From NCBI RefSeq assembly GCF_002087085.1, contig NZ_MWQY01000017.1, forward strand, positions 1-64,000: a stretch of DNA of 64,000 bases, given 5' to 3'. The translations under genes and the position numbers were made by a program. The notes beneath the pieces are model-generated. The model was not told the origin of the DNA, did no database searches, and was given only the letters and a program-made list of their open reading frames with translations. Positions 58,936 through 64,000 of this stretch are shown here, piece by piece (the stretch's first letter is position 1; every line of letters begins with the position of its first letter).

Positions 58936-60945
58936 TTAAAATCCGAAGGACCTGGAGGAAATCTCCTTTTCCCCGTTAAACACCTTGACGTAGTCCATTC
59001 CGCCGGCAGAGGTGCGTATGGAACCGTCGCTACCTTTCAGCAGCCACTGATTCCCGGGGAAAAGATAGATATCTGAAAGCCAGTCCCCCGATTTCTTGTC
59101 CCAGATACTTATTGAAAAGTCACTGTTAACGCTTGCCAGGATTCTCCTGTCCACGCTGATCTTGTGGGGAATGTGAGATACGGATGAAAAGGATGAAAAA
59201 CCGTCCCAGCCGGAAACCTGAATTTCTGAACGCCCCAGGGATGTATACAGCCGAAGTCCGTCAAGCACAAAGGCAGCGTTATGGTCTTCCCCGGGGTACG
59301 AGAGCAGGGGCAGGGAGTGCTGAAAGTTTGAACCCTGCAGCTGCTGCAGGACCGTCATGATATTGCCGCGTCTGTCCTGAAGTCCCAGGGTGTAAAGATG
59401 ATTTGTCAGGGGATCGAAATGAAGGGAGTAAATAAGAAGATCCTCAGCATCCAGGGGAACAGTCTCGCCGGTTCGGAGATTTATTCGGGTAAGGGGAGAC
59501 GGAAAACGGGCTGAAGGGCTGCGTCCCACAATTATGGATTCCTGATCAATAAACGTAACGTCCCGTATACCCGAAGCGGCGTACTGATACAGAACTTCCC
59601 TGCGCTGCAGATCGTAAAGGCGAATACTTCCGTTCTGATCAAGGCTGAGGATCCGGTTACCATTGGTATAGATCTCCTTGCAGGCAGAAGCAATCGAAAA
59701 GAGACCTTCGAAGGAACCGTCGGACACCGAGAAGAGGTAGGCCTGATCCGGGTTTTGCGCGTTCCAGACAATGCCGCGTCGAAAATCGAGAGGGAGAAAC
59801 CCTCCCGACTGGCTGAAGGGAAGAGATACACGTGTGGTTTCGATTGACTCTGGAATCTTGACGGATTGGCCACGCAACTGGGCTGAATCTATTAAAACAA
59901 TGGAACCAGGAGCACTGGCTGCAAGGGTTCCGTTCCAGGCGTCAATATCCGAAACAGCCACGGGACCGGGTTTTCCCCACTGGTTGAAGCCGGAAGAAGA
60001 CGGATTGACTCTTCCAAGACTGCCGTTTTCAAATCCCGTGTCGATACCATCCCGATGAATCGCGAGTGCCACCGGACGGCGGGAGGGAGGAGAAACACGG
60101 GAAACCTCCAGCAATATGCGATTCGAAAAATCAATCTCGACTATCTCCTGGTACCTTTCTGCATTGCGAATAAGCGCTACCCGCGAAGCCTGGGGATGCA
60201 TGGAGATATCGCTTACCCCGGTCATGGCGAGCGACGACAGGGTCCGGCCGGTAACAAGATCAAAAAGATGGAGGGTTGAGCTGCGGTATCCTATACCGAA
60301 TCTGCCGGTGCTGTTGAAATTCACCATCTCCATATCACTCATGGTTCCAATCGGGGCTGCCTTGCGCCTGTTATTCTCCAGGTCCCAGTAGATAATATTA
60401 CCCGAGGGAAGATAGCAGACCATGGTCGATTCGGTATTGGAAATAAAGGCGGCGGAGACTATTCCGAAGCCTTCGGTGGCAATTTCAAGGGGCGCACCGG
60501 TCCGGGCATCCAGGAGGGTCAGGCTGTTAAGATCTGCCCTGCTGTAAAATAGATATGAACCTTTTGGAGAGAAACCCAGAGAGAGAGGAGCATCCTTTAT
60601 CCGAATACTGTACAGTTCATTATCATCAACCCAGTTGTAGACGATCAGACGATAGGTGTTGATACTGTCGGTGGCAATGAAAGCGCTGATCGGCAGGTCC
60701 GGATGAACAATCAGGTCTGAGAGGGGCAGATGCGAAACCTGCCGGCTGTAGAGCAGGGTCCCGTTTTTCCATACCCGGACTGTTCCGTCTCTGCCGGTAC
60801 TGACAGTCAGACCGGAGCTCTCCTGACGGGCGACAGAACGTACTTCTCCGCTGTGACCGGTCTGAATTACGATTCTTGGCTGCGGGGTATTTGCGGACAG
60901 GAAAAAGGGTATGAACAGAAAAAGTATCAGTATCAGGCGTCTCAT
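58936..60945 (-). CDS. Secreted WD40/beta-propeller protein
   Basis: Signal peptide; QTGHSGEV...GRDGTVRVW; repeated W-D strand ends. Confidence 0.8.
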   Translation of the reverse strand: MRRLILILFLFIPFFLSANTPQPRIVIQTGHSGEVRSVARQESSGLTVSTGRDGTVRVWKNGTLLYSRQVSHLPLSDLIVHPDLPISAFIATDSINTYRLIVYNWVDDNELYSIRIKDAPLSLGFSPKGSYLFYSRADLNSLTLLDARTGAPLEIATEGFGIVSAAFISNTESTMVCYLPSGNIIYWDLENNRRKAAPIGTMSDMEMVNFNSTGRFGIGYRSSTLHLFDLVTGRTLSSLAMTGVSDISMHPQASRVALIRNAERYQEIVEIDFSNRILLEVSRVSPPSRRPVALAIHRDGIDTGFENGSLGRVNPSSSGFNQWGKPGPVAVSDIDAWNGTLAASAPGSIVLIDSAQLRGQSVKIPESIETTRVSLPFSQSGGFLPLDFRRGIVWNAQNPDQAYLFSVSDGSFEGLFSIASACKEIYTNGNRILSLDQNGSIRLYDLQRREVLYQYAASGIRDVTFIDQESIIVGRSPSARFPSPLTRINLRTGETVPLDAEDLLIYSLHFDPLTNHLYTLGLQDRRGNIMTVLQQLQGSNFQHSLPLLSYPGEDHNAAFVLDGLRLYTSLGRSEIQVSGWDGFSSFSSVSHIPHKISVDRRILASVNSDFSISIWDKKSGDWLSDIYLFPGNQWLLKGSDGSIRTSAGGMDYVKVFNGEKEISSRSFGF

Positions 60946-61556
60946 TCCGATGCCTCCTCAAAACTGACAAGCTTTACGGAGATGTACGGAGGAAGCAGCA
61001 TGGCGCTATAGGGTTCTTCCTGTACCAGACGTTCCCGGTCACTCTCAAGCTGCCGGTAGGTTTTAAAGGGTACCTGAACAATCCCGACCTCATTCTCACG
61101 GAGTCCGATGAGCTCAAAGAAGAGTTTCTCGTTTTCCAGTTTTTCAAAGTAAATCGATACGCCCCGGTCAGATGGTACTTTCTGAAGAAGATGAAGCTTG
61201 ATGGCCTCCAGGGGAAAACGCTCCAGGTTTTCCTTTTTCAGCAGCATGTGTTCCCGCAGCTCCGGATACCCTATAACAAGTTCCCAGTCAACGGGAACCT
61301 CTTTTTTCCCACTATAGAACCCTTCTCTGTCAATCTCCGGGAGGAACAGGAGGGGTGCTGAAGAATCTCCGAACCGAAAGCGTACTTCAAACTCCGGTTT
61401 GAGTTCTTTTCCGCAGTTGGGGCATTCCGTCTTTAAGAAATCACCCTGGATGATTTCTTCCATTTTTTCCGGGCTTGTTGCGAGATCGATCGTCTCGGGA
61501 ACAGCAACTGTGAGTTCCCGTTCGCAGTAGCAGGTAATGCTGTATTCCCTGTCCAT
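60942..61556 (-). CDS. CpXC domain protein
   Basis: ITCYC...CPNCG Zn motif, N-terminal CpXC-like arrangement. Confidence 0.7.
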   Translation of the reverse strand: MDREYSITCYCERELTVAVPETIDLATSPEKMEEIIQGDFLKTECPNCGKELKPEFEVRFRFGDSSAPLLFLPEIDREGFYSGKKEVPVDWELVIGYPELREHMLLKKENLERFPLEAIKLHLLQKVPSDRGVSIYFEKLENEKLFFELIGLRENEVGIVQVPFKTYRQLESDRERLVQEEPYSAMLLPPYISVKLVSFEEASE

Positions 61557-61575
61557 AAAATACCTCCACCCAGGA

Positions 61576-62946
61576 TCAATGATTCGTAAAAAAGTAGAAA
61601 ATATCGTTAAAGGTAGTAAAAACGAGCAGAGTCATTATAAAGATAAAACCAAAAACTTGGTAGCGGTTAAATACCTTTGGAGAAATCCTCTTTCTGCGTA
61701 TCATTTCGAAGAGGGTTATTACAATCAATCCGCCGTCAAGGGCGGGAATAGGCAGAAGATTCATGACAAAGAGGGCGATACTCAGGAAACTCAGGAAACG
61801 AAAAAGTGAGATAAGCCCGGTCATGATACCGTCGCTGAATCCGCTGCTTGCTACCTGACCAACCATATAGGTAATACGTATGGGACCGGAAACGGCCTGC
61901 TGCAGGTCGATACCCTTGAACAGGAGGGCGAAACTCCTGATGCTCAGTCCAAGGATGGAGAATGATTCTCCGATTCCCCTGGAAAATGCATCGATAACGG
62001 ATGAAGCCTGCTGTTTTGAGGTAATGCTTTTGTAACTGATACCGAGAAGCGGATTTCCGTTTTCATCATAGTCAGGAACCATTCTCAGTTCAAGTCTCTC
62101 TCCGTTTCTCTCGACGGTAAGGCCGAAGCGTAAAGGGTGCCCCTGCAGGGCCTGTAGAAAATCAAGATGGTTACTGACCGGATGGCCCTGGACGGCTACA
62201 ATACGATCCCCCGGACGAATACCTGCAGCAGAAGCGGGAGATCCGGGGCTGACCTCTTCAACCACCGCTTCGATCCAGGGGGATACTCCGATTATTCCAC
62301 CGCCGGTCTGAGGGTTCAGCATTGGGGTAATGCTCAGGTTTAAAACTTCTCCGTTACGTTCCACAGAGAGGTCGGTTGTCTTGTCCGCCCGAATGGAGAT
62401 AAGCTCCTGAATATCCCGATAATAGCTGACCTTCTCTCCGTCGATGCTGAGAATTCGGTCCCCCGTCTCGAGGCCTGCAATGTCAGCGGGATACCTGGAA
62501 TCTCCGGAAGCGACGCTGCCGTATTCGGAAACGAGTATGATGCGGTTCCCGAAGGTCTGTATGCTGTAGCCGATTCCCCATATCAGGGAGAGGATAAGAA
62601 CCGAAAAGAGAAGGTTGCTTACAGGGCCTGCCAGGAAGGTAATTATACGTCTCCAGGGGGCGACGGAAAAGAGAGAACCTTCTTCGGTCGTGATTCGAGC
62701 GCTATCCGGACTCTCCCCGGGTTGAAGGTTTTGTTCTCCCTTCAGTTTGCAGTACCCGCCTATGGGCAGGGAGGATATTCGGTACTCGGTACCCCTGAAA
62801 CTGAAGCGAACAAGAGGATTTCCCCAGCCAAGAGAAAAGGCCTCAACCTCGATACCCATAGCTTTGGCAGCCAGGAAGTGGCCGGTTTCATGAACAAAAA
62901 TTACAATTCCCAGGCCGATAAGCCCGGCTACTATGGTAAAAAGCAT
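61576..62946 (-). CDS. rseP: RIP metalloprotease RseP (two PDZ domains)
   Basis: HETGH, AGP..N, NLLPIPALDGG. Confidence 0.96.
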   Translation of the reverse strand: MLFTIVAGLIGLGIVIFVHETGHFLAAKAMGIEVEAFSLGWGNPLVRFSFRGTEYRISSLPIGGYCKLKGEQNLQPGESPDSARITTEEGSLFSVAPWRRIITFLAGPVSNLLFSVLILSLIWGIGYSIQTFGNRIILVSEYGSVASGDSRYPADIAGLETGDRILSIDGEKVSYYRDIQELISIRADKTTDLSVERNGEVLNLSITPMLNPQTGGGIIGVSPWIEAVVEEVSPGSPASAAGIRPGDRIVAVQGHPVSNHLDFLQALQGHPLRFGLTVERNGERLELRMVPDYDENGNPLLGISYKSITSKQQASSVIDAFSRGIGESFSILGLSIRSFALLFKGIDLQQAVSGPIRITYMVGQVASSGFSDGIMTGLISLFRFLSFLSIALFVMNLLPIPALDGGLIVITLFEMIRRKRISPKVFNRYQVFGFIFIMTLLVFTTFNDIFYFFTNH

Positions 62947-62952
62947 TAAGCT

Positions 62953-63999
62953 CTATACTCCTTGTGCATCAAGCAGCTGTTCCGTGACTGCTCGCACCCG
63001 TAAATCGACTTCAAATACGTTTTGAAGGTCCCGGGGGGCATCGCTCCAGTCATGCTGCAGTACTGCTTCCACAACCTCGGCAATTTGAAGATATCGTATC
63101 CGCTCCCGAATAAAGCCCTCCACGGCAATTTCGTTGGCGGCGTTGTAGGCTGTCGGATAGGCGGCGGATTTACGGGAAGCTTCAAATGCGAGTTTCAGCA
63201 TCGGGTAACGCCGATAATCGGGTTCATAAAATTCCAGATTTTTACCCGCCAGGTCAAGAGGGGCAAAATCACTGACCAGGGTTTCCGGATACGAGAGGGC
63301 ATTGATAATCGGGTTCTTCATATCCGGCGCACTTACCTGGGCATAGAGAATGCCGTCACAGGTCCGGACCAGGGAGTGAACATAGGATTGCGGGTGGATA
63401 AGAACGGAGACCTTGTCGGTTTCCATATCAAAGAAACGTTCCGCCTCAATTACCTCAAGACCTTTATTGGCCATGCTCGCTGAATCGATGGTGATTTTTA
63501 TACCCATGTTCCAGGTGGGATGATTCAGGGCTTCCTGAACACTGACCCCTGCCAGCTCCTGAAGGGGGGTATTGCGAAAGGCTCCCCCCGAGGCGGTGAG
63601 AATAATCCCGCTTATCTCGGAATGCGGTCGTGACTTGAGAAGCTGAAAAACAGCGGCATGTTCCGAATCAACAGGAAGTACATTAACACCCTTTTTGCGT
63701 GCCTCCGGCAGAAGTATCTCCCCGGCCATGACAATTGTTTCCTTGTTGGCCAGAGCAAGGTGCATGCCGGCTTCAATCGCGGCGGCCGAGGGTGCGAGTC
63801 CGGCGGACCCCATGATGCCGTTAACCACAATGTCGGCGTCGAGGGATTCAATGAGCTGTACCGCAGCAGTGCTGCCGTAAAAATCGATTCCCTCCCGCTG
63901 TTCCGCCAGAATCCCGGTCAGAGCTGTCCTGGCCCCGGGATGGTTCCGGGCAATCTGAAGCAGTTTATCACTGTTGGTATGGGCGCTTAATCCGACAAT
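62953..63999 (-). CDS. dxr: 1-deoxy-D-xylulose-5-phosphate reductoisomerase (5' end beyond the window)
   Basis: LANKE, PVDSEH, TASGG, HPTWNMG.KITIDSA; frame stays open to the window end (IVGLSAH...). Confidence 0.96.
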   Translation of the reverse strand: MVGLSAHTNSDKLLQIARNHPGARTALTGILAEQREGIDFYGSTAAVQLIESLDADIVVNGIMGSAGLAPSAAAIEAGMHLALANKETIVMAGEILLPEARKKGVNVLPVDSEHAAVFQLLKSRPHSEISGIILTASGGAFRNTPLQELAGVSVQEALNHPTWNMGIKITIDSASMANKGLEVIEAERFFDMETDKVSVLIHPQSYVHSLVRTCDGILYAQVSAPDMKNPIINALSYPETLVSDFAPLDLAGKNLEFYEPDYRRYPMLKLAFEASRKSAAYPTAYNAANEIAVEGFIRERIRYLQIAEVVEAVLQHDWSDAPRDLQNVFEVDLRVRAVTEQLLDAQGV

Positions 64000-64000
64000 C

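Noticed and set aside
1..64000. CRISPR array, tRNA/rRNA genes, transposase or integron integrase
   Set aside because: No spaced direct repeats, cloverleaf/rRNA signatures, or transposase/tyrosine-recombinase ORFs were recognised by eye; tRNAscan-SE and Infernal were not run.

Overview
64 kb of a bacterial chromosome, most likely a free-living spirochaete (Spirochaetaceae-like). This is inferred from gene order: murC-yicC-cmk-rpoZ-miaA, cdaA-cdaR-acpS-DUF2225-truA-udg-priA-def-fmt-PASTA-rpe, dxr-rseP. Positions 1 to ~4400 form a visibly AT-rich island organised like integron gene cassettes on the minus strand. It holds a HEPN-protein cassette with its own promoter, a complete ~171 bp attC-like site, a two-gene HNH nuclease + adenine methyltransferase cassette, and a second, broken attC. 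No integrase is present in the window. The ~4.4-32 kb region is accessory: a degenerate sensor kinase, an RND pump, small minus-strand genes, an unannotated 59-aa MshEN-like ORF, a CARF/RtcR-like sigma54 activator, an MCP, recQ, lipA and lemA/TPM. It also contains a translationally coupled operon with an ATP-grasp (Ddl-like) ligase fused to a DmpA/S58 peptidase, an acetylpolyamine-amidohydrolase-like deacetylase and a DUF456 membrane protein. The ~32-64 kb region is mostly housekeeping but includes a probable membrane pseudokinase. Several genes appear to have leaderless sigma70 promoters. No rRNA, tRNA or CRISPR array was recognised. All calls come from reading motifs by eye; no searches were run.
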